From a virus (Duplodnaviria; Caudoviricetes), in the IMG/VR virus record IMGVR_UViG_3300010885_013353, positions 161-64,160 of that record: DNA of 64,000 bases, one strand, 5' to 3'. Positions 1 through 11,400 of this stretch are shown here, piece after piece (position 1 is the stretch's first letter; each line of letters begins with the position of its first letter). Position numbers and translations under genes: made by a program. Under the pieces are notes generated by a model, which saw only the letters and a program-made list of their open reading frames with translations, made no database searches and was not told the origin of the DNA.

Positions 1-15
1 AAATGTTTATTTCAA

Positions 16-264
16 ATGCAAAACGCAGCAATTGAGTTAGCCAAGCCTGAGCAAGAGCCTGTGGCGTGGATGTGGGAAGATAGAACAGTTACTACTGATC
101 CTGATCGTGCAGATGGAACGTGGATACCACTCTACACCGCACCACCCAAGCGTGAATGGGTCGGTCTGCATTTGGATGATATACCCGAAACTTATGCGGG
201 TGACAAATCGTTTTTGAATATTGCAAGATGGGCAGAGGCCAAACTCAAGGAGAAGAACACATGA
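16..264 (+). CDS. Small phage accessory protein (PVAW...PLYT...AEAKLKEKN family)
   Basis: ORF with EPVAW, PLYTAPP and AKLKEKN motifs common in small phage proteins. Confidence 0.6.
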   Translation: MQNAAIELAKPEQEPVAWMWEDRTVTTDPDRADGTWIPLYTAPPKREWVGLHLDDIPETYAGDKSFLNIARWAEAKLKEKNT

Positions 265-476
265 ATGAAGAAGACGCATGGCGGGAACTTGAGCGCAAGC
301 AACGCAAGGCAGAGGAGCAACACACCACGACCGAGGCTCAGGTCAAGGCAATGGAATTTATTAACGATCACGCAAACGAGCTAGGTATCATGACGCTACG
401 CAAAGCGTTTGAGATTGGCTACCGAAGAGGTGCGTACGCAGAAAAAAGGAAACGCGATGCCACAGATAAACCTTAG
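261..476 (+). CDS. Hypothetical protein
   Basis: ATGA overlap with the upstream stop; AGGAG RBS upstream. Confidence 0.6.
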   Translation: MNEEDAWRELERKQRKAEEQHTTTEAQVKAMEFINDHANELGIMTLRKAFEIGYRRGAYAEKRKRDATDKP

Positions 477-819
477 AGCGCGAAACCCTACGATTGTTCA
501 GGAAGGGTTAAAAGAAATAGAGCCAACCACTGCCAACGCTTTGTCCGACTATGTTGGGCTACCTAGAGGCACTGTAAACGCAGTGATTGCAGAGATGCAC
601 AAGCTGCAATTGATCCATGTATGCTCTTGGGCCAGAGGCACGGGCGGTGCAAGGTTGCGCGTTTACACGATGGGCAAAGGCGTGGACTCCCCACAACCGA
701 TTAAAGCAAGCAAGGTAAAGAAAGAGTTTGTACCCGCAGGAATCCCTGAAGCTATTTTAAACCCAAGGTGCGATGAAGCCGCCGCATGGATGAGGAACCC
801 AATATGTACCCACCCTTAG
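457..819 (+). CDS. Putative winged-helix DNA-binding protein
   Basis: TANALSDYVGLPRGTVNAVIAEMH resembles an HTH; C-terminal D-x-AAAWM motif. Confidence 0.5.
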   Translation: MPQINLRARNPTIVQEGLKEIEPTTANALSDYVGLPRGTVNAVIAEMHKLQLIHVCSWARGTGGARLRVYTMGKGVDSPQPIKASKVKKEFVPAGIPEAILNPRCDEAAAWMRNPICTHP

Positions 820-1100
820 ACCGCCGTGAAGAAATCAAGCAAGCTCTTGATACGGCATTAAAGAAATCCAAAGCCAACGACCGACAGGAAGGAGGAGATC
901 ATTATCAGAACAAAGCTATTCAGCCTTGGGATTACATTGTCAGCAATAACTTAGATTTTTTTGAGGGTAACGCATTAAAATATTTAACAAGGTGGAAACA
1001 AAAAGACGGAGTAAAAGATTTAAAAAAATGTATGCACTATTTAGAAAAAATCCTCGAACGTGCGCAAAACGGAGAGTATGGCGATGTCAAGACTGATTGA
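804..1100 (+). CDS. DUF3310 (SaV / T7 gp1.7-like) protein
   Basis: GGDHY...IQPWD...FFEGNALKY..RWK.KDG..DLKK signature. Confidence 0.85.
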   Translation: MYPPLDRREEIKQALDTALKKSKANDRQEGGDHYQNKAIQPWDYIVSNNLDFFEGNALKYLTRWKQKDGVKDLKKCMHYLEKILERAQNGEYGDVKTD

Positions 1101-1734
1101 CATAACAGGTCAAAGATTTAAATATTTGATTGTTTTGTCTCGGCATGGCTTAGACTCAACAAAAAAAAACACATGGCTTTGCCAGTGCGATTGTGGTGAA
1201 ACAGCAGTGTGTACAGGGTTAAATTTAAAGTCTGGCAATAGCAAGAGTTGTGGCTGTAAAAAACATTTAAAAGGCTTAGAAAATCCTAGGACAATTACAG
1301 ATTCAGAAAGGCTGAAGGAAAGAAAGCGAGCATTAGGTACTGTTAAAACGTGGCGCAAACAAGTACTTAAAGCAAACCCATTTTGTATTAAGTGTGGCTC
1401 TAAAGAAAATTTACATGTTCACCATGTCGTAGGTTTCGCCGATTCCTTGCATTTACGAACAGATCCCAACAATGGAACAACATTATGCAAGACTTGTCAT
1501 ATGGATTTCCACATCAAGTACGGGCGTAAAACTGGGTTTTCGGAGGCAGACCTAAACGAGTTTCTGGGTGGATCACATGAACGAGCGCCAATTCTTAGTA
1601 CTGGAAATACAGTTGGAAATATAGAAGCAAGAATTATCAAGTACGTATCTCGATGGAAAGAAAAGCACGGACTGCAGGATTTAAAGAAGGCACGGCATTA
1701 CTTGGACAAACTTATCGAGGAAACTGAAAAATGA
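1084..1734 (+). CDS. HNH homing endonuclease with a fused DUF3310 C-terminal remnant
   Basis: IDITGQRF...WLCQCDCG...SCGC N-domain; CxxC...HVHH...N...LCxxCH HNH; ends IIKYVSRWKEKHGLQDLKKARHYLDKLIE. Confidence 0.8.
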   Translation: MSRLIDITGQRFKYLIVLSRHGLDSTKKNTWLCQCDCGETAVCTGLNLKSGNSKSCGCKKHLKGLENPRTITDSERLKERKRALGTVKTWRKQVLKANPFCIKCGSKENLHVHHVVGFADSLHLRTDPNNGTTLCKTCHMDFHIKYGRKTGFSEADLNEFLGGSHERAPILSTGNTVGNIEARIIKYVSRWKEKHGLQDLKKARHYLDKLIEETEK

Positions 1735-1925
1735 ACCAACCAGCATTTCCTACATGGAAAAGAACAGACGACATGGCTGAGGGCATGACCCTGCGGGATT
1801 ACTTCGCAGCGGCGATTTTACAAGGGATGTACGCAAACCCTCACCATCATTACAACACCCACTACATGGACGCGCAGGAAGCCTACGCTATGGCGGATGT
1901 CATGTTAAATGTCAGGAGAAAATGA
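1731..1925 (+). CDS. Small phage protein of the GMTLRDYFAA family
   Basis: PAFP...GMTLRDYFAA...AYAMADVML motif. Confidence 0.75.
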   Translation: MNQPAFPTWKRTDDMAEGMTLRDYFAAAILQGMYANPHHHYNTHYMDAQEAYAMADVMLNVRRK

Positions 1926-2143
1926 TGAATGAGCCTTGGAGAAGCTTTACCGAAATCGATGACATCAAAGGTTTAAACGACAAGGAGCAGATCCAGTACT
2001 GGAAATACTCGTACCACAAAGCGTACGGAATGTTTGAAAACTGCGCCGAAAACACAATGGAGCAGGTTGATTTTTATCGCAATGCAATCAAGGAGTTGCG
2101 CAGACAGCTTCAAGAGGCACGGGAACATGTCAACGATAGATGA
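1922..2143 (+). CDS. Hypothetical protein
   Basis: Coupled ORF with AGGAG RBS. Confidence 0.55.
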   Translation: MMNEPWRSFTEIDDIKGLNDKEQIQYWKYSYHKAYGMFENCAENTMEQVDFYRNAIKELRRQLQEAREHVNDR

Positions 2144-2462
2144 AAGACGTTGGTTTGATGCGGTTCAGCAGATGGGCTGCATTGTCTGTTTAAACGAGGA
2201 GCGTGGTGTCTCACCTGCTGATATACACCACATCCACAAGAACGGTAATCGCAGGGTCAGTCACCTGCATACCATTCCTTTATGCCCATTGCACCACAGG
2301 TCAGGGCATAACACCCCAGACTACGTGTCGCGCCACCCTTGGAAGAGGGAATTCGAAAGGCGGTACGGCACGGAGTGGGATCTATACGAACAGGTCAAGC
2401 AAAGGATTATCGAGGCAAGCCCGCAATCCCTGCAACCTGATACCCCTGCTGAGCAACAGTAG
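2127..2462 (+). CDS. Ref-like (recombination enhancement) HNH nuclease
   Basis: GCIVC...ADIHH...SHLHTIPLCPLHHR...FERRYGTE pattern typical of the Ref family. Confidence 0.75.
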   Translation: MSTIDERRWFDAVQQMGCIVCLNEERGVSPADIHHIHKNGNRRVSHLHTIPLCPLHHRSGHNTPDYVSRHPWKREFERRYGTEWDLYEQVKQRIIEASPQSLQPDTPAEQQ

Positions 2463-5400
2463 CAAGGACACGCTGTAGCTCGTTAATCCTATCGCGACGT
2501 TCCTGCGGCGGTATATCTTTGCTCTTGTCGATGATGTTGATCGCTTGGTTGATCTTTGTCATCTCTTGGGCAAGCTTACGCAGGGTAGGAGCAGCCCCAA
2601 TCTGAGCTAACTTTTCCTTATCGGAAACCAAAGCTTGCAATTCCTCACCGCGACCCTCATTCTTGTAGCGTGTAAACAGGTTGGCGGTTTCGGTTGCGCT
2701 CTTCTCCAGATCGTAGAAATCAGAGATAGCCTTGTTCACCTGTGGATCAGTCAAGAACGACCGCATGAATGGCATGTTCTCGAAGTTCTTTGGTGTTTTG
2801 TCCTGACCAGTTCCTGCAAGAATCAAGGAGTCTGCAAGCTCTAGACCGAACGTACCCATCTCTGCGAACGTTCCCTTAAGGAAGACATCAATCTTGGCAG
2901 GCGACATTCCGATGTTATCCAATCCTGCCTTGCTCATCATCTTGGCAAACTCACTAGCCTTACGTCCACGCTCAGACACAGGCATGAGGGAATCGCCTAC
3001 GCCCTCAATGGCACGTCCGGTGTGGAAGGAATGGTTAGATATCACCTCGAGCGTTGGCTTGGCAAACTGTGGGATTGGCACACCGCCCGTGGGCATGTTC
3101 TGGATGAAGCCTGCCTTCAGAGATGCAAGCGCTTCCTTGCCTGTGCTTGTGCCTGACATGTAGCGCACAAGAACTTCAGGAATAGTCTTAAACAGGTAGC
3201 CAACTTCATAAGGAACAACCACGCGAACAAAGGTCTTGCCGTCCTTGTCTGAGAGCGGGAACAGCCAGTTGCCATCCTTTACGTAGTCAGGTAGCTTCTT
3301 GTAGTCATCATCGTCCTGCATCATTGCGGCGTAGGCCAATGACATTGCTATCATCATCGAGGCACGGGTAGCAAACATTCGCTGAGCCTTGGCTTTCTCT
3401 TCAGGGTTTAAACCGTATCCAGTTGCTGCGCGGTACAGCGTATCCAGACCAACGATGGTTGCGTTCAAGAACGGAATCATGTTGCGAGCGGCTGCGAGGA
3501 ATTGCGAGTTGCCAGTGATAGCAAAGTTGATCGACTCACGCGCCTTCATAACTGCATAGTCAACAGCCCTGCTTTCTGACATACCATCTGCCAGTGCCTT
3601 GGCCTTGGCTTTCTTAAAGATAGCCACGCGGGTAGCAGCGTCGGACGCTTCATGGATCTCAAGCAGCCTGTGTAAACCGCGTTGGATGACCCCGGGAGGG
3701 TTTTGCTTCTCTTTGCCCACGTCACCCAAGAACTCTTGCAGGCTGACTGTGCTGTCGAACTGACCAATCACGCCACGCGAGGCAAGGATTCTTGCTTCCT
3801 CTGAGTTGCGGGTAATGATTGTCAGGAACTCTTTAGCCGAATGGAACGGCGTAATAACCCCTGCCTGACCCGTGAGGGTAGCAGAGATAGGATCGCGGAT
3901 AAGCTGACGTATCCAGAACATTGGGTTAAGCAATGCACCTGCCCGCAAGACCTTGGTAAACCCACTAAATATCTGCATAATCGGACCCATCTGGTAGGTC
4001 ATCGATTGGAATGCGGCTAGGTCGTTAGGGTTTTCAATGATGACGTGTACATCCTTTCCGCCATCACGGTATCGGAGGTTTACACGGGGATCAGATTGAT
4101 TGGTAATTTCGGCAAGGTCAGGAGAAATACCGCGCATCTGCTCAACCGATACACGGCGTGTCTGGTTTTCATAGGCAGCGGCAATCATCGTGGCAAATTG
4201 CTTGTCGATGTTTTCCCAGATGTTGCGGGTGATGTCAGCGCCCTTCAGCTCTTTGATCTTGGCTGTGGTCTTGGCTCCAGTACCGGTGCGGAAGAAACCC
4301 TCTTCATTTAAATCTTCACGGGATTTAAACAGCGGAACATAGTTCTTCTGAGCGCGGTACTTGTCTGCAGTCTGCTTGTCAATTATGCCGACAGCTTCGT
4401 GCAGGTTAACCAACGAGGTGTTAACCGTCTTCCAAATGTCGAGGATCTCCTGCACTTCCGGAGTCATCTCAAGCTGTTTCTTTGCCCAAGCGATATCTTC
4501 AGGCTTGACCTGTAGCTCACGGTTTACCTTACGGTTCTCGTTGCCAAGCTTACGCAACTCATCGATAGCGTTTTGGAATTGCGCTACCTGCCTTGGAGTA
4601 ATCTTGCCTTCTTTCAGTTCTTTCTTTAGCTCGCCTGCAAGGAAGTTTGCATCGCTAATCTGCTGCTCACCTAAAGCACGGGTGGCTTTATCTTCTTCGA
4701 TAATGTCAGCACCACGCAAAGCGCGAGCGACTGTAGCCACGTAACCACGACCGCTTAGGCCAGACTCAACCACGTTCTTATTGCTGTTTAAATTGTCTGC
4801 AAGCTGCGCTGCCCGGGCTAGGTTGTTTTCACTTGCCTCGATGCCGATAGTGCCGTCATCGTTTAGGATTGGTGTACCAGTAACAAGACCACCCTTGATA
4901 AGGTTAATATTCTGAGCCTTGGCATGGTGCAGCATGTCTGCGCGTAGAACGCCATCGTTAAACAATGGTATCGGCTGAAGCGTCTTGCTTAGCCCTGCAT
5001 ATCGATCAACCAATGCAACGCGACCGCTAGTGCGAGAGCCATCATTACGCACCGCATTAAATGCGGAGGTTGCGGCATCAATCATTGCCTTGCCTGTAGA
5101 TGGATCATCATCTGCAAGCTTGGTGTACTGGTTTGGTGGTGCGTTCTTTAGCGAATACAGGATACGACCTGTCTCATCGTACGTTCCACGGTTACCAATT
5201 GCAGACTTGATCTGGTTTGGATTGTAGACAGCAAGGTTCTTATTGCCGCCTTCTATTACGTAAAAACCGTCAAAGCCAGCTCCTTTAATGGCTTCTTGAA
5301 TTTCAGGACTTTCAATGATTTGCCACGCTCCATTCTTGATTCTTTGTAAAAAATCAGCAGGTAAATTATTTTCTTTAAACGTGCCTGTTCGATTTAATTC

Positions 5401-8400
5401 CTGAACAAGTTTTGTATAGTTTTCTGAACTTTGAAAATCAAAAGGATTTTCTGCCCGAACATAAACAGGCATGATGTTTGGACCAACCTCAAGCTCTTTT
5501 TGAATTTGATCTTTAAAGAATTCAGCCAAGCCATTAAATTCAAGCTGGGTTGGATATTTATTGTTTTTAAAATCTTCATCCAAACGATTAAAAATCCGTT
5601 TAGCATATTCACTTGTAAGTGCTTTTTCTTTTACAGCAAGTCTTAATCCTTTCTTTAAAAATTTTATTTGACCAACGGGATCCATTTCGGCAAATTTTTT
5701 GCCTAACTGTTTAATCTGTTCATTGACCATGTATTGCACAGAGTCTTCTGAAAACGTTTCTGCAAACTCAGGATTCTCAGTGACAAAGATTGCACCGGCT
5801 TGTTTCGGAATGAACTCGTCAATGATGCGAGCAGTGCCGTGGTACATAACCTTCGGTGTACCGTCTGGTTTAACAATCTTGCTGTTGCCAAAGAAGCGTT
5901 TAAACTCTGGAGTCTTGGGTGCGCGGAGGGAGTAACTGATTTTGCCAGTATCTTTACCAAAAGAGCCAGTGTTAAATGTTGATTTAACTTGCTTGGAATC
6001 TAACGCAATGTAGCTGTCGCCACCACCTTCAAATTCATTTTTATAAACAATGCCGTCGTAACCTAGCTGCTTAAGAAAGACTTTAAGTAGGTTGCTACGC
6101 TCACCCGCAGCAAAGTCATTTACATCAGACCAAGATCGGTCAATGCTTTCTGGGCCGTAATCAGGACTGCCAGCTTCCGCTTTTAATCCCGCCCACTCTT
6201 CTATATCAAAACGGTCATTATAAAAATCATCAAGGTCTTGGCTGCTGATTCCTTCTATGCCCGTCTTGTCTGCCTTTTCCATGACGGCATTCATAATGTC
6301 GTCTACGCCCCATCTGCCTGAACGGTTTTCATCTAAGCGTAACGGGTTTTTAATGTTTGCATATAGGGGAATGATGTTTGCGCCAGACTGAGGAACACGG
6401 ACACCTCTTGACTTATCCTCTGCCTTTTTTATTTCAAGCCTATTCTCCGCAGACTCTTGCGTTCCAAAATGAACGCCAAACTGAAAGTATTCGTTCTCAC
6501 CAAAGTTTGTCGTGAACTGTGGAAAATCACTGTAGGTACTGTGATAAACAACTAACGGCTGACCCTTCTCATCGACAACCTTGCTGTCTTTGAAGAAGCG
6601 TTTAAACTCTGGTGTTGTAGGCGCACGGAGAGAAAACTTCTTGCCGCCATGAACTTCATCAACTGTGCCTTCGTAGTTAACAGGCACATCCTGATTCATG
6701 ACAACCATCATTCCAAAGTCAGGAATAGCGTAACCATCGTAACCGTTATCAACGATTAAGCTTTCAAACTTATTAGCGTCACCACCAGCCTCGCGGCTTA
6801 AACGCGTCATCGTTGCACCGGGGGCCAGAATATTATCTAGTTTCTGCGTGTAAACATAGCCACCAACGCCAGCCTCACGGTTTGGCATTGTGTTGTTTGA
6901 ACGTGGGATGTAGAAATACACACGACGCTTGATACGCTCATCGTCTGATTGCTCTAAGCGCCTTGCTTCCGCGCCGCGCAAGCCTTGACCGTATTTAGCG
7001 CCGTTTAAAGCCTCGACCTTAGCCTTGCCGTAGTGCGAACCCTGAAAGCTTACTGCGTCTTCTTTGACTGGGTTGAAGCTGATGCCTGCATCGCTGCTTG
7101 GGCTGGGTCGAAGGGCAGATTGGCTAGGTCCAAAGTCTCGGAGGCTGAATCTTGGTTCTGCCCCTGTTTTTTCGACTGCGTCTCGAGCCTTGCTGATAAA
7201 GGATTCACGGAGATTGTTGAGCCTCTTTTGTAGATAGGGTCGTTTGGCTCCGCTACTCTGAAGCCGTTTGAGGATAGCATCTCCAGCAGGGTCTTCTTGC
7301 CAGTCATGGTATGGGTACTCCGATTTAGCACCGAAGGATTTAGCATCTTCAATTGGTGCAAATTGATTAATGTCATCCCTTGCTTTAGCAAGAGCCGTAA
7401 TGAAGTCCGCGTCAGGCATTAGGAACGGATTACCATCGTCTCCGCGATAGTTTATCATCACTATCTCGTTCGGACCAACCTTTGAAAATCCTGCATCAGC
7501 GCCAAGATATTGGTTCATGACACCAAGGATTTTCTTTTGTACTGCCGGTGTCAATGACTTATCAAACCTTAACGAGATGCCGTATTGCTCTTTGTTTAAA
7601 AGGCTTGGGTCGGCCCGGAAGAACGGTGTTGCATCTTGTTTAAACACGTAGGACATGGCGTAAGCCAATTCTTGCGCTTCGCTTTCAGAAACAGCAAGGT
7701 TGTCGTTGATCAACTGAACTTTTAAATTTGGATTAACTTTGCCTTCGTATGCCCCGCTCTCTACCGTCACTCGAATACGGCTTTTGATGCCTAATGCGTT
7801 GGCAATGTCCGATACAGTGTTGGCTTTCTGAACTTCCTTGGTTAACTTTTCTTTGTCAGCAAAGGCAAGCTCTTCCATCTGCGACATTGTTGTTTTAACG
7901 GACGGAATAACTTCGCCAGTAATTGTCTGGGTTCGTGCGCGAATATCAGGTGATGGCTCACTTAACTCAGAAGTTATAGGAAGACTTGTAACTTTAGCTT
8001 TCATCAGGTGCGAATAATCAGTCACCGCACGTTCAAAAGCATACTCACGCAATTCTTTGTCGTTTAAATTCTTTTTAAGTCCACGATTACGGTAGTCCTC
8101 AAACATACCTTTTGCTTTTTGAGTAACCCACGAAGCAGCTTGCACCTGTCTTGGAGGCACATCCATCTTTGACGCAAGCAAGCGAACCATGTTTTCTGCA
8201 AGCTCATACTGTGCATCGGTTGGCTGATCTTTACCAAAAATCATTCTGGTCATATGCAGATCAATCGTTGAGCGACCAGTGTCTGTGCCTTCCATAGCTT
8301 CTAACAGGTTGGTATAAAACGTATTTGTTTTGCGACCATCCCAGTCAACGCCAAAATACAGTAATGCTTCAATTTTTTTGTTTGTGTCGCCCGTGCCAAC

Positions 8401-11400
8401 TTTAATAGGCTTGCCATTTGCAAACTGATTCCACGCATTAACGGTCTTTGTAAAGTTTGCAGAGACTTCGGTAGCCGCAGAGGTAATTGCAATAATTTGG
8501 AATAGCTTCTCTGCTAAAACTTTATCGCCATTAAATGCGTCCAAAATAGCTTTTGCGGATTGCTCATACCATTGACGACCTTGTAATCCTTTTGCGGTAA
8601 AGCTTTGGAGCTTTTTAATTGCTTTACGGACATCATCAACCGTTTGTTCGGAAGTCATTCCTGCAATACGACCACCAATTTTTTTGGTTAAGTCTTCAAT
8701 CTCTTTGTTGTAAACCCTGATCTTTTGCACACTCATGGGAGTGGGATCGCCAGACAGGCTAAAACGCGTTGAATATTTGGTGGCAAACTCTGGCAAGCCT
8801 TCTTTGCGAACACCTGCACGACCCGGCTGAACAGCACCACGCTCGATGTCGGCAAAAATACGGTTAGGCAAGAACATCTCGTCGATGCTTGTAAAACCTT
8901 TGCCGGTCAAAAAATTAGTCAACGCATCAAAGAACGCGTTTAAACGGCGCATCAGGTTAGCAATCATGCCTGATGGTGGTTTGGTCTCTGTGTAGAAGCG
9001 GAATGCCTGAGCAATAGCTTCTTCTTGCATGTATTCTGGGAATCCATCAAGGTTGCCGTTCTGTTCGAGATAGACACGCTGATAGCGATCCTGCATGTCC
9101 CTGTTAAAGAACTGATTGATCCATGTATCTTTAGCCGCCTTGGTAAGGACTTTCCATTCAGCGGGTGTAAACGCACCAAGCTCTTTTAGCGCGTGAATAA
9201 CCTCATGGCGCATCACACCCAGAGGATTGTCAGAGTCTAGCGCTAAGGTGATGACTTGCTTGGCATACATGCCGTCGGCTGTGCCGTTCTCAATAGAATC
9301 GACCAGACGCAGGCCAACCTTGCCCAAGCCAAACCGTTTGAGGATAGGCAATAGCTTCTTGCGCATGTCATCAACGGTCTCCTTGAGTTCAGGAGTGGCA
9401 TCGTTAGACAGGGAGTACTTAACTTTGTATTCGTTTTCAATGCGCTGTAATGCGTTAGGCATTGAGTCAGGATTATCAGCAACCATTTCTAGTATGCCGA
9501 AGTCGTTTGGTGTCATCCGCTCTTGAGCAAGCTTAACGGTCTTGATCTGCTGAGCGTCTCGGTTAACCGATGGTGTGCTAAGGGCAGCAATAACATCACG
9601 CGGACCGGGAGGTAGATTGCCAAACACGTTCTGCAACTCAGCCTGTCGTTGCTGATACTGCTCTTGTTGTTGCTGTTGAGCAACACGTTGTTCTGCTTCT
9701 GCCTGACGTTTTGCAAGGAAAGCTGTTGCCTGCTCGTCTTCAGCAAGCTGCTCCAGACCCATGCGACGTCGTTCTTCGTTTACACGCTGACGCTCTTCAA
9801 CTGCAGCGCGAGCTTGTGCTTCTGCAGCAGCTTCTTTTGCGGCAACCTGATTAGCTTGAGTGATAGTTTCTCGACGCGGACGCTCCAAATCAATGCCGGT
9901 AGCTTCAGTTAAACGCTGATCAACAGATTTAACAGGAGCAAGACCGTAATCGATTCGGTTGTATGGCTGACCCATGTTGGCTTGACGCAACGCTTCAGCT
10001 TCGTCTGGGCTTGCAACACCACCACGCTCTTCAATGTTTCTCATAATTCGAGAAAGCATTGCTTGGCGAGGCTGGTCTTGATTTAAACGCTGAGCTTCTG
10101 ATCCAGCCAATGCTGCGCCTTCAATGCGCTGTTGAGCTGCCGCAGGAGAGACGGTAGGGGTTTCAATCGGTGGGGCAACGTAAGGCTGTGCGGTAACGCG
10201 CTGTTCAATGGCAAACCTCCCACCCATCGTTGGGTGAGGAACGATTGACAGGCTGTTTGGATCTCCACCTGACAGCTCTACGTCGCTCTTCAGGACTGCA
10301 AGACGCTGACGCGCTTGGAGCGGAGGCATTGGATTGGGATCAACGATCACAGCACGAGGCTGTCCTCGCACCTGACCAGTTCCTCCCGCCACGTCAGCTT
10401 GCGTAGACAAACGCCGACGGTCAAACTCAAACGGTTCAGTTTGCATCTGACCAAGCAACGCAGACTGCTCATCAACGCGTTGACGCATCTGTTCAGCGTT
10501 TAAAGGCTGAGTTGGTGTGCGTGGGATGGTCTGGGAAGGCGTGATTACAGGAGCAGGAGTCTGCTGTTGAAACCTATTGCCATCAATTGATTGTTGCGCT
10601 GCAGCAGGGCTTGCAAAGGTTGGGGCGTATTCCTGCCGTGGAGCTGGCTCGTTTAAACCAAATTGTTGTGCAGCCAAAGCCTGAGCGCGTTCACGCTGAC
10701 CGGGCTGAATAGCTGCCTCACCTGCACCAAGTAGGTCTGCCTCAGTTAATCCTGCGCCACCCATAACACCAGTAGCTAGGTCAACACCCTGCTGCATTGG
10801 ATATTGTTGTGGAATAACTTGCGGAACAAATGCAGGAGCCTCTTCAATAGTCTCTTGTATGGGAACTTGTACAGATTCTTGTACAGGTCCGCGTGGAGGA
10901 GCAACAGGAGCAGCTTGTGGCCTAGAAAAAGCACCAACACCACCACCCATCACGCCGCCTGCCAAGCCTTCCATCGTCGCTGCACCAGCAACACCACGGA
11001 ATGTAGGAACATCAACGCCTTCGCGCTGCAATGCAATGTTCTGTGAGCCTTGTTCGGTGCCGCCTTGCAAACCTTCTGTCAGGAATTCTTGTCCGCCAGT
11101 AACACCGGCACGACCAAATGCACCGCGTTTTGCAAGGTTTTGAGTGATGTTTTTTGCAAACCCGGGGATCAACGCTTTTTCAATACCGGTTGACGCAGCC
11201 ACACCGCCAAGCAATGTGTTGGCAAGGATGAGATCTAGGTTCTTACCGCCGTATTCCTGTGCTTGAGTAGCAGCTTGTTCAATGACCTCTTTAGGCAATC
11301 CTGCCTTGGTAAGTTCTTCGGTAACTGCGTCGTAAATAGCGCTTTTACCAACGCCCGCGCCCATGACAGCGCCTGTACCAATGCCTGCAGCCCGTGCGCC

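Noticed and set aside
2407-2462. 56-bp convergent overlap of the Ref-like and giant genes
   Set aside because: Common in compact phage genomes, no further signal
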